Source: Takakia lepidozioides
Taxonomy: Eukaryota; Plantae; Bryophyta
Direction of reading: 5' to 3'
Length of the DNA: 64,000 nt
NCBI GenBank assembly: GCA_030704615.1
Contig: CM060732.1
Span: 82,522,001-82,586,000 of the forward strand
Shown: in pieces, positions 1 to 12,719 of the stretch
Layout of the letters: each line of letters starts with the position of its first letter
Position numbering within the stretch: position 1 is the first letter of the stretch
Notes under the pieces: model-generated
The model's database searches: none
Seen by the model: only the letters and a program-made list of their open reading frames with translations
Told to the model about the DNA's origin: nothing
Position numbers and translations under genes: made by a program

Positions 1-339
1 TACACTAGCTAGTGTTGAACATCAAAGTTTTTCTTGGCGTGTTTGTTCTACCTAGTACCATCTTTTGGTTTGGGATAATACAGAGCTACAAACCCAACAA
101 TAGATAAAAGAGAGGGAAGACCCCGGCCAGAGCCAGCGTAATCCAAGAGTCACTTCGTCTCGCGACTGCTATTCAGGAGTGGGCCCTATATAAAAAACTT
201 AAGGTCACGCCTAAGAAGTACCGGGTACCTAGGGTAAAATAGCACATAGGGTACAGAGGGGAGGTTGGATTCCAGTGATCGTTTTTTTTCTTAGCGAAAT
301 TTCGCCAAATTTTGACCTCAGGGAAGGCTGTGCGACCTT

Positions 340-1990
340 GAGCAACAAAGGAAAAAATACATCTCATGGGATCAGCTTTGTCAACCTAAGAAGAAGGGAG
401 GCCTTGGGATTATTGATCCTGCAACGCAGATCAAGGCGCTTTTGGCCAAATGGATCCCCAGAGCCTTGATTCATCGTCACAGTCCTTGGAGCAAGCTCAT
501 TCAACCTTATCTCATGGGTGCGCATCCCACCTCCTCCCCGCTATGGACTCAATCATTACGATGGGTAGTGCAAGACAAGAATGCGAATGTGCACATGGGA
601 TCGAGACCTTGGCAATCAATATGGGCAGCTTGGCAATCCATAAGAGGTTCCCTTACTCAAAGAATTCCTCTCAATTACGCTGAATGTTCCCGCCAACCAC
701 TCTTTGCAAACTATAACATGGACTCTGGTATGCTGATTGACCATAACCCTAAATGGGCATTCTGGGAGCATTGTGGGTTTACCCATATGGGCAGCATCTG
801 GGACCAGAACCATTTCTTGGCTGCAGAAGCAGTCAGCCCTATTCTTGGCCCGAGACGAGCTAGGGCATGGCCTGCACTACTTTGATGAAGTACCGAAATA
901 TATGAAGCCACTACTCAGAGATGGAGATTCCTCATGGTCTCCACCCACCTGGACGGCTTCAACTCTGCATAGAGGTAACACCGTCCTCCTGGTCCTAGCG
1001 GTAACTGGGCATACAGCCTCTGGTGTAGCCTTTGAAGGTGACTTTCATGGGACTCTTCAACTCGATGGAATGATGGATCTGCCGAAGAGTTCTCTATTTC
1101 CCATAAAGGTGCTTGATTCCAAAGGAAATCCAAACCCAAGCCCTCCAATGGGTCAAGAGCTGACATGGGCTCGGCATTCTACTTTCACGTGGTTTCTTAA
1201 ATACCCCTTGGCTTCCCTGCAGTTTGACCCAAGGGAATGGAGCTGGATGGACTCCCACCACTCACCTTTTTTTGCCTACTCAGTGAAGATGGCCTACTCG
1301 CTATTAAGGCCTCCCCGATCCTTTCTTCACAAATGGAATCTGAAAATGGAATCACCTCCATCTCTTGCAGCAAACCTAGGATAAGGTATGGAAAGATATC
1401 TGGAGGAAGCCAAAAGCAGCTAAGATCTCAGGCTTTTTGTGGAAGTTGGCACATAGGATATTGTCAGTCAATACTGCTACCATGCTCAACAACACCTGCT
1501 GCAACTTGTGTTTAACTCTGCCTGAGTCAATCGAACATTGCTTAGCAGTGTCCACTGTGCGGTTTCAGCACTTCCACCGCCCCGACTGCTTGTTCGTTTT
1601 TGGGCTCTGAGGTACTCGTTGATATTAGAAGGGGCGCGCTTGATGATCCCAAAGCCTACAAGAGTGTGGAGAATGGTGATACGTTTCTACTCTAGCTGGG
1701 ATCTTTTCCCTTCCCCTCCCCCCATTTCTTTGCTGCTGTTGAACTTGCTGCCTGCTCACAGCTTACCTTTGTGCCCTGTTTGGGCTTGTCTTAGGGCACT
1801 TACTCTTTGGCATCTCTGGAAGGCTAGGTGTTCTTTTGTTTATGAGGGAAGACCCCCCAGGGGCAGGTCAATTCTGTTTTGTATCTACCATGACCTGTTC
1901 ACTGAGGGGAGGAAAGTCTAGGACATCTTAACTGCAGCTATTTCCAGATCTTCACAGCAACGCGGGACCAAGCTGCTCAATGATTTTCTC
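340..1990 (+). mobile_element. Degenerate LINE (L1-like) ORF2 3' fragment (post-RT region and zf-RVT-like C-terminus)
   Basis: Across frameshifts reads KKGGLGIIDPATQIKALLAKWIPRAL (~390-470), a LPESIEHCL zinc-finger-like piece (~1520-1545) and WACLRALTLWHLWKARCSFVYEG (~1780-1850), all typical of plant L1 ORF2 ends; multiple stops/frameshifts. Confidence 0.75.
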
Positions 1991-3099
1991 TAGTCCTGGG
2001 GGAAAAATGGCACACTCGGCACCAGCCTTCCCTCTTTGCGTTTCTACTGGCATGACACTATCCCCGCGGACTGGGAGGTCTCCTCGTGATGGGGATGACG
2101 GTGACTTTAATTGGAGACATAAGAAGGCTCGCGTTACAAAGTCCCGAACTCAGCTTCGATTTTAGCTCTGCTGTTGCCAACAATCGGACCAATGAAAGAT
2201 CGCCCTTGGCTGGCGCAACACCACAAAATAAGTGCAGCCCTGATAGCATGGTGAGTGGGGCACCAACAGAGCCAGAAAATGAGGGAGAAGGAGGAGACTT
2301 CCCTGCCAAGAAAGTCAATGCGGGCCTGCAGTGGCATGCAAGGAAAGGGACACCGTAAGTGTTGCCAACAGATGTAAATCAGTGCTCATTCATTCGAAAG
2401 CACCACGGGAGATGAAGGAAAAGACACCTGCAGGGACGTTGAAGCATAAAAGAGGAGAGCACTTCACTTGGGAAGAAAGTGAAGCATTGGAGAACAAGGC
2501 TGATGACTGGCAGTCTGAAAAGGAAAGGCGGTTGTGGGAAACCCTGCCAAGACCCAAGACAACCAACCTCTTTTGTGTGAGAGAAGTCAAGCTGAACCTG
2601 CTCATCATATCGAGTGGGATGGACCAGATGTAAAGCTGCCAAGCCAACCAACACTCATATTCGCACTCAAGCAAACATAAGCTGGAGCCATTTTCAGATT
2701 ATGAGTACCCGTGTTTTAAGAATACTCCTTGTTCAACTTGCGGTGAACGGGCAGAAAACTTCACAATGTGCAGCAGATTAATGGACCAGGATGCGGAGCT
2801 GAATTGGGTATCCAGTTAGGCAATGTTGGTTTCAAAACCCCGTTCCATCCCTGCGTTTCGAAGATTTGGCTTGAATGGGCACACTCCGGCAGTGGAAGGC
2901 TCACGGAGTAATGAGTTTGGGCTGATATGCATGCTGACATGCCATGCCGGTGCAAAGAACAACGTTCTGAGTGGCGATTGTGATCTCAAAATCTGCCCCT
3001 GCATTCAAGCTGATTTCTCTCTCGAGCAGAGCCGCCTTGTGGATGTTCCAGCCAGTGTCCAAAAATAGCTCAAGTGCAAGACAACAACATCAGCAAGGC

Positions 3100-3870
3100 A
3101 TGGTTAGCTAAGCAAGGTCATGGTGGAGAGGCATTTGAACTCTCTGAACGTAATGTGGTCGGACTTCACCCCCTCCCACATCAACTGCTCATAGGTCTCC
3201 AAAACCTGCAATCCCCACCCCTGTTGTGCATGTCCTGCGATCATCACTTTCCACGACACCACATTTCGCTCAGCCATATTGTTGAACACTCCCTATCTAG
3301 AAGGGTATTCATGTTCAGAATGACATCTACCACAATTCCAGCTTTGACGATGCAACCATGGACCTCTTTGCCCTTCTCCAACAGGCTCGCACATGCACTA
3401 CAAACACAAACAAACGTAATGTGCTCGGGCTTCACCCCCTAGACCCACATCATTTGTTCATAGGTCTCCAAAACCCGCAATCCCCGCCCATGTTGTGCAT
3501 GTCCTGCGATCATCACGTTCCAGCACACCACATTTCGCTCAGCGTTTGACAATGTCACGATGGACCTCTTTGCCCTTTACCAAGTCTCCAGGGCTGCCAG
3601 GTTTGCACATGCATTGCAAACACAAATGAACGTAACCCGGTCAGGCTGCACCTCTTCTCAACATTTGCTCATATGTCTCCAATGCCCTCATCCCGCACAT
3701 ATGCTGGCCATATCTTGCGAGATTCAGCGTGTTCCTTGAGACAACATCTTGTTCAGCCATGTTATCAAACTCTCCCTTCACAACTTCATAGGTCTCCAAA
3801 GCCTCTATCCCACGTCCCTGCTGTGCATACCCTGCAAGCATCGCACTCCACGACACTACATCTTGGCAAA
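3100..3870 (-). pseudogene. Scrambled PLS-class PPR fragments
   Basis: Pieces such as [59 protein letters not shown] and [21 protein letters not shown] in different frames; closely resemble repeats of the PPR gene at 42.6-46.2 kb. Confidence 0.85.
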
Positions 3871-3926
3871 ACAGGCTGAAATAGCTCGAAGAAGAAGGTG
3901 CCCTCACCACATTGTCCTCTACCTTG

Positions 3927-6092
3927 TGTCATGACCCATTGCGGATTAGACTGACCATGAACCCAAGAAGACCTCTTGTGCGTGCTGCTTGTATCTCTAG
4001 TCAGGTAATGTGGGATTGGTTCGTAAGAACCACCACGGTGCAGCTGAGCGGGCAGTCACAGGCCCTCACAGCCCGTTGCGACCCCGAAGGCCACCGGCAC
4101 AGGCCCTCACAACCCGTCACGGCCCGAAGGCCACCGGCGCAGCCCGGCACAGCCCCTCACAGCCCCAAAGGCCTCAGGCACGGCCTGTCACAGCCCCTCA
4201 CAGCCCATCACAGCCCGTCACAGCTCGCCACACCCCCTCACAGCCCCAAAGGCCTCAGGCACGGCCTGTCACAGCCCCTCACAGCCCGTCACAGCCCCAT
4301 CCATGGCCGCTCTTGTAGTTTAGCCATTTCTCCAAGGGGTTTAGCCACGCCAAGCTAGGGTTTGTGTCTCTGGACTCTAGGCTTCTTTCCACCGAGCTAT
4401 GGCGGTTGTGAGGAAATCAGCAAGGTATTCTTGCTCTTTCGGCTCCCACACACCACCATAGTAGCCCTAAGCCATGAGGTGGTTGCCACAAACCAAGCCT
4501 TCTTTCTCACTTAGCCTCCCAAACACGCCACTAAACTCAATGGCAAACAACCAAGCCCTGCTGGTTCCCAGCCCTTGTGAGCACTCATTCAAGCACTCTC
4601 CTTGGCCATAGCATCTATCTTAGAGCCTATTCCAGCCCCCTACACCTGCTGCTTCAAGAGTTGCGCTCCCTTCAAGCTTGAAGTTGAAACCCCAACTCAC
4701 ATAGGCCCTACAAGTGCTTTTCTTTCACTCCAAGTGGAAACCAGCCCTAGACCTTCCGTTCTAGCTCTCTAAAGCTTGAAAACAAGAGCCTCAATGGGCT
4801 GAAGGCATGCTCCACACATGCCCCACTTTCACCATAAGAGAATCAGCTCCTTTGCTTCATTTCTTGCACCCACAAACCTGAAAATACAAGCTTCAGCAGG
4901 CTGAAAGCATGCTCCACATGCCCTATAGGGAAACCAGCCCCTTCCTTCCTTTCTTGCACTCCCACACCTGAAAGTGCAAGCGTTCACCAGGCTGATAGCA
5001 TGCTCCACACATGCATTGCCCTCACATAAGGGAAGTCGGCCCTTCCCTCTTCCTTGCTTGCCCTCCAAGCTTGAGATGGAAGCTTCAATGAGCTGAATAC
5101 ATGCTCCACACATGCAACCTCTTCACACAAGAGATATCAGCCCCCTATCTTGGCTCCTTGGCTCCTTGATGCTCTCTAAGACAAGACTAAGCACTTCACA
5201 GCCTTTGCCAAGCTCCTGAAACCCTAAGGCTTACATTTCCAGCCACAAGACACTTCTCTTGTGGTGCAAGAGCTCTTCTTCCAAGCTCTGAAACCCTAGG
5301 TGCACATTCCATGGCCTTGCCGCACCTCTTAGCTCCTGTTCCAGCCCTGCTCTTGCCATGACAAGAGCCCTCTCAATGCTGAAGCTCGAGATTGAAACCC
5401 AATCTCACCATACTCCACAAAGTGCACTGATGCCCCCAAGCCAAATCAGCCCTTTCGCTTGGTCTTGCAATCCTTCACACAATGAAAGCTCGCATTCCCA
5501 AGTCCAGTTCTCAGCTTTGCCACCAAAGCCACTATAACCTGCTCTTGACTGGTCCTCTTCCCAATCGTGCTTGCTCATGCATGTACACAATCTGAAACCA
5601 TCAAGGTGCTCTGGAATTACCTGCAGCATGGTGCTTTCATCTCTGAAGCTGAAGATCGAATGCCAAGGTCTACCACCTCGTAACCCACATCGCCTCCGCT
5701 TCTAACAACCAAGAGCTCCATGGTGCTCCTTGCATAACAACTTGGTTTCTCTCATTCTCAAGCAAAAACCACAAGTGCTACAACTAACTCGTATCTGGCA
5801 CTCACAGATACGAGCTCATCTTTCTCGAGTGATAAAGAAGAAGAATACAAGCACGAGCTCACAAATCTGAAGCATAAACTCATGCATATATAACCTTATC
5901 ACTCAAATACAAGTCAAGCCAAGTACACCCCACGCCATGGGGAATCCACACTACGGCGCCATAGCTAGGCGCGGTGAGGCTCAACTCGAGAAAGATAAGC
6001 CTTCCGCGCTTGCCGTGAAGATAACCACTCCACAAGGGAGGCTGCAAACGGAAACCCAAGGGAGCCCGAGAGAGACTTGCAGCAGGGTGACA
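3927..6092. mobile_element. Putative LTR (solo or truncated) of an LTR retrotransposon
   Basis: Begins TGTCATGACC (3927) and ends GGGTGACA (6092) giving TGTCA/TGACA termini; non-coding interior with minisatellite and ~90-100 bp degenerate repeats (GCTGA..GCATGCTCCACA at ~4798, 4900, 4991, 5092). Flanks CCTTG/CCAAC do not form a TSD. Confidence 0.4.
4035..4300. repeat. GC-rich minisatellite built on CACAGCCC(C/G)T units with an 81-bp higher-order duplication
   Basis: Repeated (T)CACAGCCC motifs at ~11-bp spacing; block CCCCTCACAGCCCCAAAGGCCTCAGGCACGGCCTGTCACAGCCCCTCACAGCCC occurs at ~4153 and ~4234. Confidence 0.9.
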
Positions 6093-6396
6093 CCAACGTC
6101 TGCTGCTCTTCCCCCTCTATCACCTGGCCAAATTTGGGCAATGATTAATGACCAGAATGGGATTGCCCGTGCATATGCTCTCATTGTGCGCATTTTAGAT
6201 ACTCCTACTACGACTTGGGTCAGCTGGTTGACGCCATATCATCCTTCGACAGGGTTACCTACACTTCATCTGCCTTGACCCCTGGATTGACACTTGGGCC
6301 AATCCCAAATGTCAATATGTAAAAGCTAGCTATTTCCTAGCTAGTTTCACACTAGTGGTAAAATAACTTGACAAATTGCTAGTTGGTAGTTCCTAG

Positions 6397-7281
6397 CAAT
6401 TCAATTGAATTGCTGACTACAATTCAATTGAATTGTAATCTATAATTTTTAACTTATTTCTGTATATAATATATAATGTATATGTATATGTATATATTCA
6501 AATTATACTTATACACATATAAGAATATAAGCTAAAAATACATGTTGCCCGTCTATTCTTGCTGGCCCTCTTTCTTGTGCCCTTGAGGAAATTGTGGAGT
6601 TGTGAAGCCACCCTCAACCTCTGCGAGAAAGGAGAGCCAGAGACGGAGAGAGATCAGCAACTTCCTGTGATTCACAGGCAAAAGAAACGTGGCTGGCTCC
6701 GAAAAAAACAGACAAAATCAAACATGACAATTGATGAAAGGCTTCCCCTGCATCATCATGTAGTCCCCTAACACTAGTATCTGGCCCAGGACAAAGAAAA
6801 CAAAAAATATGTTCATCTTGAGAAATATCAAAAATAATATTGTTTCGATACCCTTACAAAGGTATCATGTTGAAGTTGGGATGTGTGTTCCATATAAGTT
6901 TAATATATCAAACTCTTACATGTTGATACTCTTACATTGGTATCATGTTTGGTATATGTACATAGCCATATATTGGCACCAACATCTACAAAAGAGACAA
7001 TCCCGCTTTTACTGTAAGCACTTCGTGACTTCATCTCTCTCTCGCTCTCCCTTAGGCTTATCTTGTGCTCAAGCCTTACCACGGGCAAAGGATTGACAGA
7101 TGGACAGCAAGAATAGACGGGCAACATGTATTTTTAGCTTATACTTTTGTATGCGTATATGTATAATTTATATGTATATATATATATATATAGAAATGAG
7201 TTAAAATTTAGAGATTACAATTCAATTGAATTGCCAATTCGCAATTCAATTGAATCGTGTGCCGACAATTCAATTGAATTG
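6397..7281. repeat. Inverted repeat pair (~170-bp arms) carrying five copies of a 16-bp palindrome
   Basis: 6397-6564 is the reverse complement of ~7105-7281 (core AAGCTAAAAATACATGTTGCCCGTCTATTCTTGCTG / CAGCAAGAATAGACGGGCAACATGTATTTTTAGCTT). CAATTCAATTGAATTG at 6397, 6420, 7218, 7266 and a 1-mismatch copy at 7242. Confidence 0.9.
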
Positions 7282-7409
7282 CAAATTATATGTTGGCCTC
7301 ATATTCGTTACATTATGTTTTGTTTTATATTTCGGTCTTTCCTCTCAATCTTGAAATAATGCCTTGACACATCTAATCCCGATATCATATTGCTGTGTTT
7401 CATCTTCAG

Positions 7410-10400
7410 TGGGAAGCAGAAAATGAATTCCACGTTGTCTAGACAGAAGTTGAACTAAAACCCGCTAAAATATGCGGGCCTGGTTGGTGTATGCAAGGAG
7501 ATAAGTGGGGAGTTCATCTCACCAAAAACACCAAACTTTAGCATAGACCATGTAGCTTTGTATACTCTTAACCATGCAATCTCCGAGTGGGGAATAAATC
7601 CTGTGGGTGTACCCCCTGACCACCAACTGAAGTTTTCCTTCAAGATTGGAACAGACGTGAAGAAGCTTAATTATGGCTACGTTAAATATGTTGAGATGGA
7701 GTCCGACGTGGAGAATCCAATGATGGTGGGTTTCATCTTGGAGGATGGTAGAGCGAAAAAAACGTTTGGTTTTCTCTGGAATCTCGTCGCATTCGCAAAA
7801 CAATGATGAAACCAGCTGTGAAGATGGGATTCACTTTCCCTGAAGGTGGTGCAGCCCCAATTGCTCAGGGATTCGTAAGAGCTTGGAGCATTTTCCAAGA
7901 TGTACTCCATGTGCAGGGAAATATCAACAAAAAACAACTAGACGATGCGGCAGCGAAGGGGGAAAAGGGTAAAGGGAAACGGAAGTCAACGGCGAGATCC
8001 TCTCAAACTGAGAATGAGGAGGAGCAGCCAACCGGGGAAAAGACAAAGAAAGAAGAGCTCGATATTGTATTTATGAATGACAACAAGAAGCCAAAAGTTG
8101 ACGAGATTTTCGACAAGGTGAAGTGCGAGGCAATGAATCAAAGTCTGAAGAATGACTACCAAGACATGTTTCCTTTTGGGTTCAACCACATAATCTCAAT
8201 TGACATCTCAAGGATGGAACTTGCTCCAAGAAACATGGTGTATCGTCCGCTGAATATTAATCACAAGGATGAAGAAAAACCTGTCTCTACTAGGTGAGAG
8301 TTCTAGATGCGAAACATCCCGTCTATCTGGCGCCCGTGGAATGAACAGGTGCCAACCCAGGTGTCTACGATGAAACCAAGGCATCAGAAGGATATTAACA
8401 ATTCAAAATTCTTCGTCATTGGAGGCCAGCACACAATTATGGCAGCAAAGGTATATTACATCAACGTTTACCTCGCGCGATCGCGCGTGCCTCTATATAC
8501 TTCTCTGCTTCTATGAGAATCTTCTTTCGGATATTTCTATGCGTTGCTTCATTAGCATTCTCGCGCGATCGCGCGTGCTTCTACTAGATGATTATATCAG
8601 ATGCATCGATGACTTGTTTCTATGAGATGCATAGCATGATAAGCAAGCACGCGCGATCGCGCGTGCTTCTACTAGATGATTATATCAGATGCATCGACGA
8701 CTTGTTTCTATGAGATGCATAGCATGATAAACAAGCACGCGCGATCGCGCGTGCTCCATTCTAGTTCAATTCCATGCTGATGTAACACTTTCCAAATCAG
8801 GAACTCGTGGATGAGATTACTGACCGGGAGCAGAGGGACTACTACCCCAAATGGCCATCAATTATCCTCTGGTTAGATAGCAATAATCGACTGCTAAAGA
8901 TATCTAAGCTCCTGAACGACCCAAATAAAACCCAAAAATTCGACACAACATTCCCAGAGAAAGTTGCTCACGCCAGGATGTACTATGAGTTGAGGGGGAA
9001 GCCCAGGAAATTCAATGATAACGTTTCGAAATCTGAAACCGTTCAGTGGAAGGTAATCATTCGGACTTCCATTTTTGTTTAATGTCCGGTTGTACATTCA
9101 CCAGAATTGCGTGTATCCGTTGTGTGTTGGCCTGACATGCAGTTCCTGTTGATCAGGAATTTTTGCAAGCATCACAATTTATATTGGAGATGCTTAGCGT
9201 TAAGGAGACCATCACTTTGGTCCTTTGCGATCACGATGTTTGGGAGAAGTGACATGAGGTTTTCAGAGAGTGGGAGAAGGGAAACCTCTTGGACATTAAC
9301 GGAAAGAAGCACAAGGGTGTACAATTGCAGCTGACAAAATCTGCCGTTCGCAAACTCCAAGGATTGAACCCCCTCCAAATGAAGAAGGTTGCGCAAAAGA
9401 TTTTGGACTTGAAGATCTGCGTTCGTGGTCCTTACAAGGGAAAAGACCCCAAGATTATCTGCCTGTCAGATTACATCAATCGAATAAATGACAGACGGTT
9501 TATCATCGATGATGTCATGGTGGTATTGGGATTTGATGCCAGGAGCAAGCAACACCCTGAGCCATACACAAAAGCACAATGGCTCGAAGTGAAGAAAATG
9601 TACAAGTTCAACAAGTCGGAGTTCGAGACATTCCGATTGAAACTAGGGGCCAAATACATGAAAAACAAAGTGAATATGAATATGAAGATTGAGAAAGTGA
9701 GTGACGCTTTCATCAAATACGTGCTTTCATGCAAGAAAATGATTGAAGACATGGAGAAGAAAATGGACAACCTCAAGGATACCTTCAAGTCACATTACCA
9801 GTGCATAGGAGGGAAGCGGACGTTCACGGACGCCAAAATTCAATTGAAAATTGTGAGAAAGAGGGATTTCGATAACATCGCAATGGTGTTTGTCAACACA
9901 GTCTGTGACGATGACTTAGTTGTTTTCATGCAAAGAAATTACAAGAATATTTTTGATGTGTTCTTCGAACAGCAGCTGAGCCCTAATGCATTTGTCTTCT
10001 TCTCGATGCAGAGGTCCTCTTCCAATCTGGTTTCGTACATAAGGTTTGGCGAGGGTCGGAACAGGTATATTCTACTTCAGGGGTTGTATCTTCCTAGAGA
10101 GTTTGACAATCCTTACAAAAGCTGGCCAAAGTTTTCAATGCCACTGATGTGCCTTGATTACGTATTTCCTGCAACAGCTGCCCAGATTGAGAACCACGAG
10201 GAGCACCTGCAGGGTGTTTTGATGTTCAGCCCCATTAAACCAGTGATTAAGGCTCCGGATACTAAGCTCACGGAACATGAGAAAGAATGTGCCGCTTATG
10301 AACATGAATTGCGGGTAGAGGCGAGTGACTACATGCGTCCTTGTTCTGTGGCGAAGGAATGGCGGCTGTCAATATCTTTGGAGGAGTAATGCTAACGTCG

Positions 10401-11272
10401 GCTCTCCACGTAAGCATTTCCATTTCCATTTCCAGTTCGATTTCCTTTTCCATTTTCATTTCCGAAACACAACTTTGGACCCTTGCGCGATCACTCGTTC
10501 AACATTTTTACTCACTGGTTGGCAAATTTTGCAGGCTAGGAACGTCCGAGTCCTTGATATAAACCAAAACCTGAAAAAGAAATTTTATGCAAATAAGCTT
10601 GCCGCAAACTTCACACTCCTCCACACGGAGAATGACGAAGGAACCATGGTTGGTGATGACACATGGGGAGGGCAGGAGACCCACAGGCACAATGACGAAG
10701 GAAATAACGATGACGATGATAATGACGATGAAGACGATGAACAAATAGATCTAGAGACAGAGGAAAACCAGGAAGAAGGTGACAGAAACGAAACGTTAGA
10801 CAAAAATGAAGAACTTGAGGGAGGTGTGGAAGACAAAGGCGACTACCAGCACGATGATGCCGTCAACAATTTCTTGCAAGAGGAGACGGAACAAATTGAG
10901 CATGGGAGAAATCCACCAGCTGAACAAGCAGGGAGGGTACTACCCGAAGAAGGCCACCATCCACATGCCCTGCCAAATACCTGTGAAGGAGACAATCCCG
11001 AGACAACTATATTGTCTTCCTCCACTGAAGAAGTGGGGGGAGACAATGAACAGGATAACGCTGAATCTAGAGACGTCTTCGCTAAGGAGATTTCAGAAAT
11101 AGACTCAAGGGTGGGATTCAGGCCTGTGGAGGGGGATATGTCATTACGGATGTCGCCATATCAAGGTTTAAGCCAACGGGTTAGAGACATCGTTGATGGT
11201 CAGGCATTTAGGGCATTGGTCGGCGATAAAAATACTGTTGACGTGAGTATTGCAGATTATAAGTTGTCCTGA
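7410..11272 (+). pseudogene. Spliced transposon-associated gene, decayed; ParB/Srx-like N-terminal segment, methyltransferase-like segment, acidic tail
   Basis: Co-oriented ORFs 7558-11272 joined by GT-AG introns 8451-8800, 9053-9156 and 10410-10534; motifs DISRMELAPRNMVYRPLNINH...FFVIGGQHTIMAAK and ELRVE..(fs)LFCGEGMAAVNIFGGVMLTSALH|ARNVRVLD; D/E-rich region 10630-11070; several frameshifts/stops. Domain names are inference. Confidence 0.6.
8474..8755. repeat. Intronic 88-bp tandem array with CpG palindrome CGCGCGATCGCGCG
   Basis: Palindrome starts at 8474, 8562, 8650, 8738 (exact 88-bp spacing); units 2 and 3 nearly identical. Confidence 0.95.
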
Positions 11273-11845
11273 CACTTGTAAAACAAAATTTTGAAAGTTG
11301 ATATAACATCAGAATCTTTTAAAAATGGAACTAATAACCTATTGCTTTGTGATAGTCTCATGAATGAATCGAAACTTATACGGAAGTCTAATCACCAGCA
11401 CTTTCTGTAGATCCGTGAGTCAAATACGGAGGAAGTGACACATACTAGTACAAACGACACACAACAACGTACAATGAAAAAACAATACGACTTGAAAGTG
11501 AGGATATCGTCGCCCAAGGTGGCAGCTTCAGAAACCGTGGGTGATCGCGCGAGGTTTCTATTGAAGGTGTCGAGAAAAACATGCCGGACGGCGAAAGACC
11601 CGGCGCCGGGGGAGATCGCGGCGAAACCTCATCCGGCTTGGAGCAAGTGCCGCCAAAGCTGGTACTTCATTATCCGCCTTCAGCTTTCCTTCCTGCTTTC
11701 CATTACGAAAAACTTCCAATGAATTAATAATTATTTCATAATGGGCAGGATGATATGATCTATCCACCACACGACTATTCCCAAGCTGTCAATCCTGGGG
11801 ATTTCTTTGCTCTTCCAATGGGTCCGAATAGATGTCAGCCCAGAT

Positions 11846-12470
11846 ATTATGTCTTGGTTCTGGATGACGGGTTCCTATGTGAGGTCTACCTCCAGAATGG
11901 GCCAAAAACCTCTCCCGCAATGCAGCATTGTATTTCTGCTGGAAGATTTAAGTTAGCAATGCGACATGAGGTGGGAGACTTCCTCAAATGGGTCGTGAGG
12001 AAGTTTTGGGTCATCTTATGAAACACTGGCAAAGAATAGACTGTCATGGATTTCAAATCAGCCTTGTTCGGGAGGAACGCCCACAATGTCATGCATTACA
12101 GTTTCGATCAATGTGTGGAACATAGACTTACATTCAACACGTATTGGCCTACACTTTCTAATGCCCCAATTTATTTCAAACGACTTACGACTTGTTCGTA
12201 GACCCGGACTCTAAAGCCTACAGGTCTAACACCCTACATATAGACGTCGTTGGGAACATGTACAAGTCTTTCCTCAATCCTCTGAGCATGGTCATCTTCC
12301 TACCTAAATACGAAGCACTTGTAGATCCATACAAAGATGATTTTTTGATTGGTCATCTGAAGCCCCATCTGGAGAAGATGAGGCATTCAAAAATGGACAC
12401 TTGGACCTTCAATGAGCAGAACCCTTTTGGTATACCTAAGGATATCTATTTCAGGATGCTAGAGTGAAAT
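11846..12470 (+). pseudogene. FCP1/NIF-like HAD phosphatase domain remnant (copy 1)
   Basis: YYVLVLDDGFLC, RHEVGDFLKWVVRKFWVIL*, SNTLHID..YKSFLNP..IF..DDFLIGHLKPHLE in order; stops and frameshifts. Confidence 0.55.
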
Positions 12471-12719
12471 TCATTAATCGCTGGGACTTTCCATGGCCTA
12501 AGAACAAGAAGGAATGGGATGCACATCTAAAGTATCTAGAGGCCCTTGAATTGGAACATGGAATATTAAAGTGACTAATTTTGAGAATGAATTGGGATTT
12601 GGAGGTCATTGAGTTCATTATCTCTTCATGGGTTTTTTTTTTCCCCACTCTATTCTGCTTTGATTTACTAAAGTGTCTTTATCACTCCTTCACAGATCCG
12701 ACAGCCTAGATATCCACCT

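Noticed and set aside
2331-2633. Possible Myb/SANT-like start (RGEHFTWEESEAL)
   Set aside because: Too short and not followed by the remaining helices; cannot support.
3912-4358. ORFs over the CACAGCCC minisatellite
   Set aside because: Low-complexity repeat translations.
8474-8755. CRISPR-like repeat/spacer appearance
   Set aside because: Intervening sequences are homologous to each other, locus is a eukaryotic intron and no cas genes are present.
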